This document shows, one piece after another, positions 1-12,466 of a stretch of DNA of 64,000 bases. The notes beneath the pieces were generated by a model. The model did no database searches, was not told the DNA's origin, and saw nothing but the letters and a program-made list of their open reading frames with translations. Every line of letters begins with the position of its first letter. Positions within the stretch are counted from its first letter, which is position 1. Origin of the DNA: a phage; the NCBI GenBank assembly GCA_029742005.1, contig GCA_029742005.1_4113.1; one strand, written 5' to 3'. Made by a program: the position numbers and the translations under genes.

Positions 1-171
1 AAAATACTATGCTGATAGAATAAATTATTATCCCTTTTATATAAGATTAGATGCATTAATATCAAAAAAAGTTGTATATAAACGTTCTCAAGCTGAACTA
101 ACCAATATAGCATTCATTCTTGCAGTACTGTCTAAAATGGGATAATATTAAATTAAGATGGATATTAAGAG

Positions 172-348
172 ATGACACATGAAGAATGGTTAGATGAACT
201 AAAATTCAAACATAATCCTTTTGGTTTTGGTATACGCCAAGGTCATTATGATGTGTTAAAAGATAAACAACTTTTCAAATCATTTGTACTTGATGCGGAT
301 AGCAACCACTGGTTCATCTATGAGCTTGCAATTAGAGACAAAAAATAG
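172..348 (+). CDS. small hypothetical protein, MTHEEW-family paralog (58 aa)
   Basis: ATG..TAG ORF read manually (below the 60-aa track cutoff); N-terminus MTHEEWL shared with ORFs at 690, 1382 and 1543. Confidence 0.4.
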   Translation: MTHEEWLDELKFKHNPFGFGIRQGHYDVLKDKQLFKSFVLDADSNHWFIYELAIRDKK

Positions 349-353
349 TAAGA

Positions 354-452
<99 letters not shown>

Positions 453-472
453 TATAATAAAGGTGATTTAAT

Positions 473-688
473 ATGAAAGTCATTATCAATCCAGCAGGAA
501 ACTTTTTTGGTGAGGTTTTCGGTGCAGACTGTGTTGTGCAAAATTTTCCACGAATTGAAATTGACGGAATTGATGTTCAACAATATGGAAACCTGTACTA
601 TGTAGTTGATGAGACTGGTTCTATTGTTCATGACAGTGCTTTCTTTACAAAAGAAGAGATGAAGCACTTAATTGTACTGGATACATAA
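473..688 (+). CDS. hypothetical protein (71 aa)
   Basis: ORF track; AAGGTGA-like RBS upstream of ATG. Confidence 0.5.
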   Translation: MKVIINPAGNFFGEVFGADCVVQNFPRIEIDGIDVQQYGNLYYVVDETGSIVHDSAFFTKEEMKHLIVLDT

Positions 689-689
689 A

Positions 690-872
690 ATGACACACGA
701 AGAATGGATGTCCAAACAGTATAAAGAACATGACTGCTTTGGGAATGGTATTCGTCAGGTACATTATGATATTCTCAAAGATATAAATTTATTCATAAAA
801 TATGTTTTGGATGAAAATAAACATTGGTTTATATATGAGATTGCATATAGAAACTCAAATAAACAAAAATAA
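690..872 (+). CDS. small hypothetical protein, MTHEEW-family paralog
   Basis: Internal ATG of ORF 672..872 giving N-terminus MTHEEWM; paralogous to 172, 1382, 1543. Confidence 0.5.
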   Translation: MTHEEWMSKQYKEHDCFGNGIRQVHYDILKDINLFIKYVLDENKHWFIYEIAYRNSNKQK

Positions 873-886
873 ATAAGGAATATATT

Positions 887-1105
887 ATGGAAACAACGTT
901 ATTTGAAGTTATTCAAGCATTAAAAACTGGTGATGACATTCAAGTATTGCTACATGGTTATCGTTTAAAAGGCACTGTGGTTTTAGTTAATGACACAACG
1001 TTAGTTATTGCCGAAACAAATCCATATGATAGTAATCAAGTTGCTAATATCCATATTGATATTAAAAGCATTATTGGTGTAGGCGTAAATAAAAATCAAG
1101 AATAA
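887..1105 (+). CDS. hypothetical protein (72 aa)
   Basis: ORF track; AAGGAA RBS. Confidence 0.5.
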   Translation: METTLFEVIQALKTGDDIQVLLHGYRLKGTVVLVNDTTLVIAETNPYDSNQVANIHIDIKSIIGVGVNKNQE

Positions 1106-1184
1106 CAAATGTTTTTGAAAAAACCAGAAAATGAATGATTTTTTTTGGGACAACTCAAAAATATATGATATAATAATTAGTACA

Positions 1185-1274
<90 letters not shown>

Positions 1275-1278
1275 ATAT

Positions 1279-1379
<101 letters not shown>

Positions 1380-1381
1380 CC

Positions 1382-1546
1382 ATGACGCATAAAGAATGGA
1401 TGAATGACATTAATTTTAGATATGCAGGTTTCGGTAACTGGAGAAAGTATCATTGGGAAATCATGTCAGACCCAGCAGAATACGATAAACTTATAAACCA
1501 TGAAGCGTATCCGTGGTTCTTTATTGAAATAATGGTACGAACATGA
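1382..1546 (+). CDS. small hypothetical protein, MTHEEW-family paralog (54 aa)
   Basis: Manually read ORF, N-terminus MTHKEWM; stop overlaps next start (ATGA). Confidence 0.4.
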   Translation: MTHKEWMNDINFRYAGFGNWRKYHWEIMSDPAEYDKLINHEAYPWFFIEIMVRT

Positions 1547-1707
1547 CACATGAAGAGTGGATGAAACGCCAAAAATTAAAGTGGAATCCTTATTATCTCT
1601 CGTTAGAGCCGAGAATGTGGGATGTGATACGTGTTAAATGTATGTACAAATCATTTCTTTGTGATATAATGGATGTTGAAGTTCTGATGCATATTGTGTA
1701 CAGATGA
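1543..1707 (+). CDS. small hypothetical protein, MTHEEW-family paralog (54 aa)
   Basis: Manually read ORF, N-terminus MTHEEWM; translationally coupled to 1382..1546. Confidence 0.4.
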   Translation: MTHEEWMKRQKLKWNPYYLSLEPRMWDVIRVKCMYKSFLCDIMDVEVLMHIVYR

Positions 1708-1717
1708 TTAAAAAAAG

Positions 1718-2131
<414 letters not shown>

Positions 2132-2188
2132 CTAAATAATTCAGTACCAAGGAGATTAATATGTTTAAAGATGAACGTCCAGATTTGT

Positions 2189-2226
<38 letters not shown>

Positions 2227-2589
2227 GAATTCCACAATCAGACGTATATGGTGTAAGTTACGTCGATGCAATCCAGAACAAGATCTCTGGTACTCTAGGA
2301 AGTGGTGAATGTTAACCTAGACGGGTTTGATAATTGGACGATAGGCAATTATTACTTGACTAGCAGGTTTAAACTAGAGGTGATAGTCCTTCACCAAACT
2401 GGAAAACCGGATGGACTTTTATTTAAAAGGGTAAGGCGTGGAAATATGTTTACAGAAGTTGCTTTTAGTAGCCTGTACGCCCCACGTCAAGGTAGCCGAA
2501 AGGCAAGTTAAAACGGGTGGTTATAAAGCTGAATTAACAGCGGCGTTTAAAAGCGTCACCATCCATTTTTTTTAATTAAAGTTGGTGAT

Positions 2590-2979
<390 letters not shown>

Positions 2980-3004
2980 TATTCAGTACTGATATAATTA
3001 ATTT

Positions 3005-3241
<237 letters not shown>

Positions 3242-3314
3242 CTTTTTAATTTAAAAGTACTTTACTGTAGTGTTTAGTACCGTATAATGTAAACAAAAGG
3301 ATAAAATAAAACTC

Positions 3315-3839
<525 letters not shown>

Positions 3840-3861
3840 TTAAAAAATCAGTACTTTATTA

Positions 3862-4152
<291 letters not shown>

Positions 4153-4153
4153 T

Positions 4154-4246
<93 letters not shown>

Positions 4247-4263
4247 TTCACATGATATAGGGA

Positions 4264-4749
<486 letters not shown>

Positions 4750-4833
4750 AAGAACGAAATGTAGACGGTTGTATTCAGTACTGAATCACATGGGGAGGTT
4801 GTGATTCCCGATTCAGTAGCTTATAAAGCAATT

Positions 4834-4939
<106 letters not shown>

Positions 4940-4958
4940 AGAGGTACTTCGAGTATGC

Positions 4959-5084
<126 letters not shown>

Positions 5085-5086
5085 TA

Positions 5087-5173
<87 letters not shown>

Positions 5174-5228
5174 GACTGCCAAACAGCTTGAAGTACTTTG
5201 TAGTGCTGCACCTATGCCGACACTTGGC

Positions 5229-5338
<110 letters not shown>

Positions 5339-5342
5339 ATCT

Positions 5343-5413
5343 GGTTGATTAGTTAAATGGTATAACACGGATCTTGTAAGTCTGAGTCATTAGTTCGATT
5401 CTAATATTGACCA
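5343..5413 (+). tRNA. tRNA-Thr (anticodon TGT), CCA not encoded
   Basis: Manual fold: T arm ATTAG-TTCGATT-CTAAT, anticodon loop CTTGTAA, D stem GTTA/TAAC; several G-U pairs in acceptor. Confidence 0.6.
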
Positions 5414-5466
5414 CAAATATATTCTTAGAAATAACATTTTTCTTGAAAATAAATACTCCATACTAT

Positions 5467-5874
5467 ATGGAGAACTATATGAAAGAAAAACGTTATTGTG
5501 CATGTTGTAAAATTGAATTGGTTCGAAAGGGTCAAACAAAATATTGTAGTGTTGCATGTCAACAAGAGCTACAATATCAACAGAAAGTTGATAAATGGCT
5601 TAACGGTGAACATCCAGGATATAAAGGTATTACTATACAGTTATGTCCATTTGTGAGAAGATATCTACATGAAACACGCGGAACTGCATGTGAAGAGTGT
5701 GGATGGGATAAACGTCATCCAATAGATGGTGCAGTACTGACAGAAGTTGAGCACATTGATGGTGATGCTACAAATAATGACCTACCGAATTTAAAAATCC
5801 TTTGCCCTAATTGTCATTCGATGACACCAACATTCAGAGCGAGGAACAAGAACTCCGCAAGGAATCGTAAATAA
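5467..5874 (+). CDS. HNH endonuclease
   Basis: C-terminal HNH motif EVEHIDGDATNNDLPNLKILCPNCHS plus CxxC pairs; start set at internal ATG (MENYMKEK); directly downstream of tRNA-Thr. Confidence 0.7.
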   Translation: MENYMKEKRYCACCKIELVRKGQTKYCSVACQQELQYQQKVDKWLNGEHPGYKGITIQLCPFVRRYLHETRGTACEECGWDKRHPIDGAVLTEVEHIDGDATNNDLPNLKILCPNCHSMTPTFRARNKNSARNRK

Positions 5875-5891
5875 ATTTTTTAAGGTAAACT

Positions 5892-6308
5892 ATGAAATAC
5901 AACATTGTTAAAATGGTGAACTATGTATTAAAAAACAACAAATGGTCACTCCTGGATGAATATATAGATGATATTGGTGAAGTTAGAGTATTTTGCTATG
6001 ATCCATATTTGAATCAAACCACAGATTTGAGTAAATGTTTTAATATTTTTCTTGGTTATGAATTCAATAATCATTTTTATTCATTTGATGTGTATTTTGA
6101 AAAAGTTATATTCAGAAGTTATAAATGTGATAATCAAGATTATGATGAATCAATTGAATTGAATGTTAACGATATTGATACTGAAGAAAAATTCTTCCAG
6201 TACTGCCTCGTAAACGACCTACGTGGATTAACATTTGATGACATTAGTGCTATCCTTAAAGTTCAAAGATTGATTCCAGAAGAGGTATTAAATCCGTTAA
6301 ATGACTAG
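5892..6308 (+). CDS. hypothetical protein, C-terminal FFQYxLVNDLRGLT motif family
   Basis: ORF track; paralogous to 6301..6666 and others. Confidence 0.55.
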   Translation: MKYNIVKMVNYVLKNNKWSLLDEYIDDIGEVRVFCYDPYLNQTTDLSKCFNIFLGYEFNNHFYSFDVYFEKVIFRSYKCDNQDYDESIELNVNDIDTEEKFFQYCLVNDLRGLTFDDISAILKVQRLIPEEVLNPLND

Positions 6309-6666
6309 TCTAATAGTACGTATAATGCAAGATGTTTGTAATAACCTTTATACAGGCAATTTTGACGATCCGAACATAAAAATATTATGTTATGATGGTT
6401 TTACAATGGTACATCCAGCCTATTCAAATAATATCTACGTAGCATATACAGGTGAAAATCTATTATATCAATTTGATATATATAGTACAATGACAAAGAT
6501 AATTTTGGATGCATCTAAACCAGCAATCTTTATTGCTTCTCATGATTACCATTACACTGAAGAATCACTATTTCAGTACTCAATGATTAATGACATTGGT
6601 GGGTTGACATTGGATGAGGTTAATGCTATACTAGCTGTCTCACGTTTGGTTAAAACCCACAATTAG
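6301..6666 (+). CDS. hypothetical protein, same C-terminal motif family
   Basis: ORF track; C-terminus SLFQYSMINDIGGLTLDEVNAIL. Confidence 0.55.
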   Translation: MTSLIVRIMQDVCNNLYTGNFDDPNIKILCYDGFTMVHPAYSNNIYVAYTGENLLYQFDIYSTMTKIILDASKPAIFIASHDYHYTEESLFQYSMINDIGGLTLDEVNAILAVSRLVKTHN

Positions 6667-6675
6667 GAGATTCAT

Positions 6676-6867
6676 ATGTTCTGGAATTTATTATGCTTGT
6701 TTGGTCGTACATTGGTTCTTGCTATTATTCATACACCTGGTATTCGTAATTATGTTTCTTATGAATTTAAGAAAAATTATCACAACAATACTGAAGTTCG
6801 TACAACTAAGATGTGCAAAGACTTCAAGGTAGATGTTCCACCATTCAAGAAGTACGAGGATGAATAA
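6676..6867 (+). CDS. hypothetical protein (63 aa)
   Basis: ORF track; AGGAG RBS. Confidence 0.45.
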   Translation: MFWNLLCLFGRTLVLAIIHTPGIRNYVSYEFKKNYHNNTEVRTTKMCKDFKVDVPPFKKYEDE

Positions 6868-7151
6868 TGGAATTCATTGTTGCACCTGATGAACTTAAAA
6901 CATTCACGTTCAGAGATAATAACAATTATCCTTATACAAATCATTCATTGAATTCATTACATGTTATTGCAATCATTGCATCTGAATACAGGGATAATCC
7001 ATGTATTGATTTTAAAACCACTGATGGCGAATATACATGGGTGATCCCAAAAGATAAATATAGTTATCAAGGGGCAGTAGAAATTCGTGACTCGATTCTA
7101 AAACAAATCGAAGATGGAAATACTCATCCTAAACTAAACACTCAGTACTGA
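6867..7151 (+). CDS. hypothetical protein (94 aa)
   Basis: ORF track; start overlaps previous stop. Confidence 0.5.
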   Translation: MEFIVAPDELKTFTFRDNNNYPYTNHSLNSLHVIAIIASEYRDNPCIDFKTTDGEYTWVIPKDKYSYQGAVEIRDSILKQIEDGNTHPKLNTQY

Positions 7152-7340
7152 AATCGTTTAACCCGATAGCTTCTAGTCAGTACTGATTCCTCCTTATGTA
7201 TAGAAGCTATCACTTTTTTACGTATAATGATATTACCCTCAAATTCATTATATTCGTTACCCTCTAACAGTATCTTTTTATTCCTCTTGGATGCTGTAAT
7301 TTAGAAGTTGACTTTTTAACTTCTACTGTGTTATACTTAA

Positions 7341-7370
7341 GGCTGATTCGATGAATCGGCCTTTTTTCTT
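7341..7370 (+). terminator. rho-independent terminator
   Basis: Hairpin GGCTGATTC-GAT-GAATCGGCC followed by TTTTTTCTT. Confidence 0.6.
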
Positions 7371-7385
7371 ATATAGGTGAATGCA

Positions 7386-7805
7386 ATGAGTTATTTGTTT
7401 ACTTTAATTGATAAGTATGTTGACATTGTATACCGTCAAGTTTGTAGTGATACGTTTGAAACAAAAAACCCAATTAGAGATGGCATTTTTGATGTTGTCG
7501 TTGGATCATTTTTGAATGGATACACAGAGACATTATACAACAGTAATAATATTTTTATTTCAGTTCAATCCAGACATACATCAGACTATGCTGTTAGCAT
7601 TGATATTTGGGAAAATAATATAGAAATAGATATAACGGAACATACTAACATTCATGTTGATGATACATTTAATCAATTAACTGAAGAAATGTACTTGCAG
7701 TTGAATTTTGTACATGATCTTACAAATATCAGTTATGATACATTAAGGAAAATATGTTTTCTTAGTGGGGTGATCCGTAGTAATATGAGTAAGGATGGGA
7801 AGTGA
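7386..7805 (+). CDS. hypothetical protein, C-terminal motif family
   Basis: ORF track with start moved to ATG having AGGTGA RBS; C-terminus EEMYLQLNFVHDLTNISYDTLRKI. Confidence 0.5.
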   Translation: MSYLFTLIDKYVDIVYRQVCSDTFETKNPIRDGIFDVVVGSFLNGYTETLYNSNNIFISVQSRHTSDYAVSIDIWENNIEIDITEHTNIHVDDTFNQLTEEMYLQLNFVHDLTNISYDTLRKICFLSGVIRSNMSKDGK

Positions 7806-8223
7806 AATGTTAAAAATTCCACCTAAGTCGTTAACACATCTTATTGAATGTGGTGTAATATTTTCCGAAGGTGATACCTCATCATACACATTGGTCGATG
7901 AACCTTATAATTTTTCATACCAATCTTATAAAAATAATTCTAAAATTTCTTGTAGATATGCTGAAAACATATTAATAGATGTTTCGTTACATAATGTTCC
8001 GAAATTTTACATTGATATCTTTGGTGATTCTTTGACAATTCGAACATATGATTATTTTATTAATAAAGACCTCTTGAGTCTTCCAATTGAACATGATACT
8101 ATAGATTCAGAGATGTTCTTTCAGCTATCAACAGTTTACGATTTACAGGGTTTAACTGTTGAGCAGTTGAATGGAATATTTGAGATTTCACGAAACATAC
8201 GAAGCAGGAATAAAAATGTCTAA
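7795..8223 (+). CDS. hypothetical protein, C-terminal motif family
   Basis: ORF track; C-terminus SEMFFQLSTVYDLQGLTVEQLNGIFEISR. Confidence 0.5.
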   Translation: MGSEMLKIPPKSLTHLIECGVIFSEGDTSSYTLVDEPYNFSYQSYKNNSKISCRYAENILIDVSLHNVPKFYIDIFGDSLTIRTYDYFINKDLLSLPIEHDTIDSEMFFQLSTVYDLQGLTVEQLNGIFEISRNIRSRNKNV

Positions 8224-8626
8224 TATTTTAAATGAAAAAACAGTTGATGTTGTTATTGGTGTTCTTAACACCGCAACTTCATTTCAGAAGAAACACAGTG
8301 TTGTATACTTTGGTGAAGATTGTTGGCTGAACTATACTAATAATTCGTTTATAATTCGTGTAGAGGCTGATGATATTGGATTAACCGTTCAGGTAGGATG
8401 TGCCAAAACTGACAAACAAATCACTGTCATTGTTGATAAACTTACGTCTTCTTTTTATGATAGTATAGATGATTGTGAACACTATAGTTCAACATTTTAT
8501 GATACAGAAGAAGAACATTTTATGGAAAGTACTGTTCAAGAGTTAGCTATTCCATATAAGCTAATGAAAGCCGTGAGTGATTTAATTTTAAAATATAAAA
8601 AAATAGGAGTTACTAATGCAATTTAA
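8216..8626 (+). CDS. hypothetical protein, C-terminal motif family
   Basis: Internal ATG with AGGAATAAAA RBS; C-terminus EEEHFMESTVQELAIPY. Confidence 0.5.
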   Translation: MSNILNEKTVDVVIGVLNTATSFQKKHSVVYFGEDCWLNYTNNSFIIRVEADDIGLTVQVGCAKTDKQITVIVDKLTSSFYDSIDDCEHYSSTFYDTEEEHFMESTVQELAIPYKLMKAVSDLILKYKKIGVTNAI

Positions 8627-9062
8627 TGGTAAAGTTTCCAAAGTAGGTTTGGTTTTTGAAAACTGTGAATTTGTTGATATTGATGTAAAGAATGTTTTAT
8701 GGATGCATATTGCTGATGAGAAGACTCTTTGTAGCCGTTTTTCAAACGGACTGACAATTAGTACTGTTATCGGTGAGTTCGGTATTGCATTACGCAGCAA
8801 TACACCATCGGATTTCATGGACAACTCTACACTGTTAGACCGTTTAAAAATGCGTGACGTTACACACGTTTATCTATATGATACTAACGGTGTTGAACAG
8901 CGTTATGTAGTTGAATGGGCTAATTATAACCTTAGTGATCAATATTCAGTAAACCAGCGTGTTCAAATCACCCCTGGTGGTAATATTGTGTTTGTTAGTT
9001 CAACTGGTAAATTAATCAGTGTAGATGATAAAAATATTGATCTATTCACTGCATATAACTAA
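8616..9062 (+). CDS. hypothetical protein (148 aa)
   Basis: ORF track; AGGAG RBS. Confidence 0.55.
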   Translation: MQFNGKVSKVGLVFENCEFVDIDVKNVLWMHIADEKTLCSRFSNGLTISTVIGEFGIALRSNTPSDFMDNSTLLDRLKMRDVTHVYLYDTNGVEQRYVVEWANYNLSDQYSVNQRVQITPGGNIVFVSSTGKLISVDDKNIDLFTAYN

Positions 9063-9073
9063 CAAGAGCTTTT

Positions 9074-9493
9074 ATGAAAACAATCAAAGTGCATTTCAAA
9101 GACACATGGACAGAAGTGAGTACTGGTAATATTCAGGATATTTTATATAGTACTGAAACTATTCATGTTTATGATGAAGATACTGCTGCCGAGCAGTTAA
9201 AAGTTTTGCATCGTAGTGTTGGTGAGCACACTGAATATGGCATTAAACATACTCGTGAATTACTTAATACTAATCACATTGAAACCCGTAAAGCAAACTT
9301 ATCAAAAGAAGAAATGTTCGATTTCATCCTGAACCATAAAGTTCATATTGAGCCTGATGGGTCTATATGGGAGAACACTGCTGGACAAAAAGTGCTGAAA
9401 AAATATCATGTTTCAATTGATAATGTAAAAATGTCAGGGTATGATTTGGAAGATGCAATTAATGAATATGTATCTAGGCAGAGGGCAAATTGA
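9074..9493 (+). CDS. hypothetical protein (139 aa)
   Basis: ORF track. Confidence 0.5.
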   Translation: MKTIKVHFKDTWTEVSTGNIQDILYSTETIHVYDEDTAAEQLKVLHRSVGEHTEYGIKHTRELLNTNHIETRKANLSKEEMFDFILNHKVHIEPDGSIWENTAGQKVLKKYHVSIDNVKMSGYDLEDAINEYVSRQRAN

Positions 9494-9864
9494 TGAGCTT
9501 GATAACATTTACAATTATTTGTTGCATTACTATTGTACTTTGTCGCCTGATTCATGTATACTCATATCATAAAGCGTTGCGAATCGAACAAGAGATTTAC
9601 AACGAAAACCGAGAACCAGAACCAGTCAAGAAGCCACCATCACCTTATGGGTTGAAACGTGAGATGCATTCTCAAAGTAAAAAGTGGGGTTATGCAATTA
9701 CTAAAAATGGCTACATCTATACTGCAAGTAATGGTTATTTTCAAATTCACCACGAATTAGAAGTGGCAGTTCAAATTTTGTGGGAGATGGAGGACATTGG
9801 TGGTTATGAGCGTACTAAGTTTGAATTCATATCAAATGATCCAGGAACTTCACGAGAAACATGA
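9490..9864 (+). CDS. hypothetical protein with N-terminal TM helix
   Basis: ORF track; hydrophobic N-terminus LITFTIICCITIVLC. Confidence 0.5.
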   Translation: MMSLITFTIICCITIVLCRLIHVYSYHKALRIEQEIYNENREPEPVKKPPSPYGLKREMHSQSKKWGYAITKNGYIYTASNGYFQIHHELEVAVQILWEMEDIGGYERTKFEFISNDPGTSRET

Positions 9865-10009
9865 TATAATTGTTGATGTGGAGAAGAAGGAAGTCGTTAT
9901 GAAAAAGCAAGCATATAGAATTTTAGAAGACTTCCATCTAAAAGCATTTATAATGAAGTTCTGTACAGATGAACATCTTACCGGACGAGTAATACGTAAG
10001 GAGTTGTAA

Positions 10010-10351
10010 ATGAACTTAAGTTCAACAATTCAGTACTTGAGCAGTAACTTCGAGAAAATTATTTCTCGCGGTGGGATGATTGTACACCCAGAAACAGAGG
10101 AAATGTACATCATTGGATTTGATAAAAATTCTTATGATCAAGTACTTGTAATTTCCAAGTTAGAAAGTTATAATGAAGTTGTTCAGTTTTGCTGTACCGA
10201 ATTTGGTATCTATATTAAAGACGCTGAAACTAATACAATTTCGCATTATTTTTACCACACACTGATGGGTACTAAAGACTTCGGCTTGAAGTTCGATGAT
10301 TTAGTACAATGTCACTATATGTTTAAAACCTTCCCAGCTAGTGGGCATTAA
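10010..10351 (+). CDS. hypothetical protein (113 aa)
   Basis: ORF track. Confidence 0.5.
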   Translation: MNLSSTIQYLSSNFEKIISRGGMIVHPETEEMYIIGFDKNSYDQVLVISKLESYNEVVQFCCTEFGIYIKDAETNTISHYFYHTLMGTKDFGLKFDDLVQCHYMFKTFPASGH

Positions 10352-10364
10352 GGAGTATATCAAT

Positions 10365-11153
10365 ATGAGCAACATTTTCTTCAAAACTATTTCTTTCAAA
10401 AAAGCATCTTACTCCTACGCCTACGTTGATGGTAAAGTGCTTAATATTGTACTGGATGGTGTTGACGTACCAGTTGAATTTAAAACACATGAAGAAGCAG
10501 TTGAAGGTGCTAAAGAATTGAATTCAATTCTTAATGGTGAAGTAAGTCAAAAACAACATGTAAAATCTGATTTAGATGTACTTTTGGAAAAAATCAAAAC
10601 TGGTGAAGTATTAGAAATTTTAGACAACTGTAATGAAAAACTTCGTAATGTAGTTAATAATGTTCGTGACCAGATTCAAGAAAAAGCACTAGAGCAAGCA
10701 TTCAAACATGTATCCAAGAATGCTGAATCTCGTATTGACGGTATGGTTAAAAATCTTGATGATGTACTATCTCATCTCTTTACTAAAGAATACGAACAAG
10801 AAGTTGAAGAAGAACCAGTAAAAGAAACTAAAAAAGAAAAACGTAGCTTTGGCTCAGGTGATGATGTGTTTGGTTTTACGAATGTCCGAACAAGTGCAGA
10901 TGAACCAAAAGAAATTAGTGAGATGCTCATTGGTGACATGACAACTAAGCAGCTTCGTAATGAAATTGACAAGTTTGTAACTAGTTGTATCAAATCAGAA
11001 CGTGCACAAAGTATGTTTAAAAGCATTAGTGAGAACTTTGGTCCAGAAGCAACTGAGCAGGCACTAACTGCATTTAAAGAATTGATTTATAATGTAGCCA
11101 TTAGCAATCCAGATAAAACACTTGAAGAAGTTCTACGTGACAATTTCAAATAA
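10365..11153 (+). CDS. hypothetical acidic protein
   Basis: ORF track, start moved to ATG after AAGGAG RBS (MSNIFFK). Confidence 0.55.
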   Translation: MSNIFFKTISFKKASYSYAYVDGKVLNIVLDGVDVPVEFKTHEEAVEGAKELNSILNGEVSQKQHVKSDLDVLLEKIKTGEVLEILDNCNEKLRNVVNNVRDQIQEKALEQAFKHVSKNAESRIDGMVKNLDDVLSHLFTKEYEQEVEEEPVKETKKEKRSFGSGDDVFGFTNVRTSADEPKEISEMLIGDMTTKQLRNEIDKFVTSCIKSERAQSMFKSISENFGPEATEQALTAFKELIYNVAISNPDKTLEEVLRDNFK

Positions 11154-11167
11154 TTAGATAAAATTAA

Positions 11168-11193
11168 AGCCACTACAATGTAGTGGCTTTTTT
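11168..11193. terminator. bidirectional rho-independent terminator between convergent genes
   Basis: Perfect palindrome GCCACTACA-TGTAGTGGC flanked by A-run and T-run. Confidence 0.65.
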
Positions 11194-11195
11194 TA

Positions 11196-12350
11196 TTATG
11201 CGTTGTAACCAACTATTACGACTGAGCAGTCAAGCGGTTCTACTACTTTAAGAATTACATTATCATCTTCATCCACTTGTATTTCACTATGAACTACATG
11301 ATTGTCTGAAGAATATAATTGAACTTGTGGTAGTGCTTTACCATGTTCAGTTACTGGAACTGAGATAGAGTACATAGAGTCTTCACCGAGAACCCACTCA
11401 CTTAAAGTATATTCTTTATGGAAAGGAGTAGTATGCAGTGTTTTTCCGATTATACTCAAAGAAACAGGTAAATTATCAGTTTGATACACAGTAATATTAC
11501 CTTCTGCGTCTACAGAAAGATCTACACCAACTTGATATAAGTCACCACTGTATGCTTGAAGTGCTAAGTACTGTCCACGATCATGAACATCAAATGGAAC
11601 AACCGCAGAAAATACACCTTCCGAAACAGGTTCAAATTGGGATAGAAGAACTGATGTAACAAAATCAATATCCTCACCACTTTCAAGAACATCAAATTCC
11701 ACCACTTTAGTGTTATAATATGGAGAAGTGAGCGTAGCAGTACCTTTCCCTGATTGTGTGATAACATCAACTGGAATTGTAAATGCATCATTAACAAATT
11801 GGGTAGTAAAGTATTCTGTCCCGTCTGGTAATACGATTGTTATTACCATACCGTTAGTATCAATTTCTGAACCAGTGTTGAATAATTTACCACTAATTGA
11901 GTCATTACCAACAAATACTGGTGAAATGAGAATATTATCTATATCACGATCTATAATACCACATTCAGGTGTATACATATGATACAAGGTTTGTGAACTA
12001 CCTAAAATTGTTTTATGTAGCATAAATTTATATACAAATCCAGTATCAGTTTCTTGTGGCTCTTCAGAATATCCACGAACAAAGAAACAATTTTTATTAA
12101 TTTCACTTAATAGTTGGTCATTAGTTTTATTGTAATTTAATAGATAACCTTTATTATCTTTAGTTGTTATTTGTACTTTACGATATATTATATTAGTTCT
12201 TGGATCAATTAAATCATATAATCTATGGCTTCTTTGGCGATAGATTCTAATATTTTTTAGTCTAGTTCCATCGTTGAGGATTGCACCATCAACAACATAA
12301 CCACATTCACCAAACTTATAGTGTCCAGCCGCAGCAATTGACCTTGACAT
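11196..12350 (-). CDS. hypothetical protein (384 aa), only minus-strand gene in the first 42 kb
   Basis: Long ORF on minus strand bracketed by terminator and intergenic promoter region. Confidence 0.6.
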   Translation of the reverse strand: MSRSIAAAGHYKFGECGYVVDGAILNDGTRLKNIRIYRQRSHRLYDLIDPRTNIIYRKVQITTKDNKGYLLNYNKTNDQLLSEINKNCFFVRGYSEEPQETDTGFVYKFMLHKTILGSSQTLYHMYTPECGIIDRDIDNILISPVFVGNDSISGKLFNTGSEIDTNGMVITIVLPDGTEYFTTQFVNDAFTIPVDVITQSGKGTATLTSPYYNTKVVEFDVLESGEDIDFVTSVLLSQFEPVSEGVFSAVVPFDVHDRGQYLALQAYSGDLYQVGVDLSVDAEGNITVYQTDNLPVSLSIIGKTLHTTPFHKEYTLSEWVLGEDSMYSISVPVTEHGKALPQVQLYSSDNHVVHSEIQVDEDDNVILKVVEPLDCSVVIVGYNA

Positions 12351-12466
12351 TTATCCCTCCATTGGTATAATTATTATAACGTATTTATTATGAATATCCA
12401 AAAAATGAGCTTGACTGGTGTATGATTTGGTGTTATCATGTAGTGAATGAATAATGAGGTGTTTTT

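Noticed and set aside
2302-2511. Plus-strand ORF 2302..2511 (69 aa)
   Set aside because: No RBS, sits in a GC-richer structured stretch downstream of a promoter and upstream of a T-run; better explained as non-coding RNA.
11564-11982. ORFs nested in or antisense to gene 11196..12350
   Set aside because: Nested within a long, well-supported minus-strand gene.
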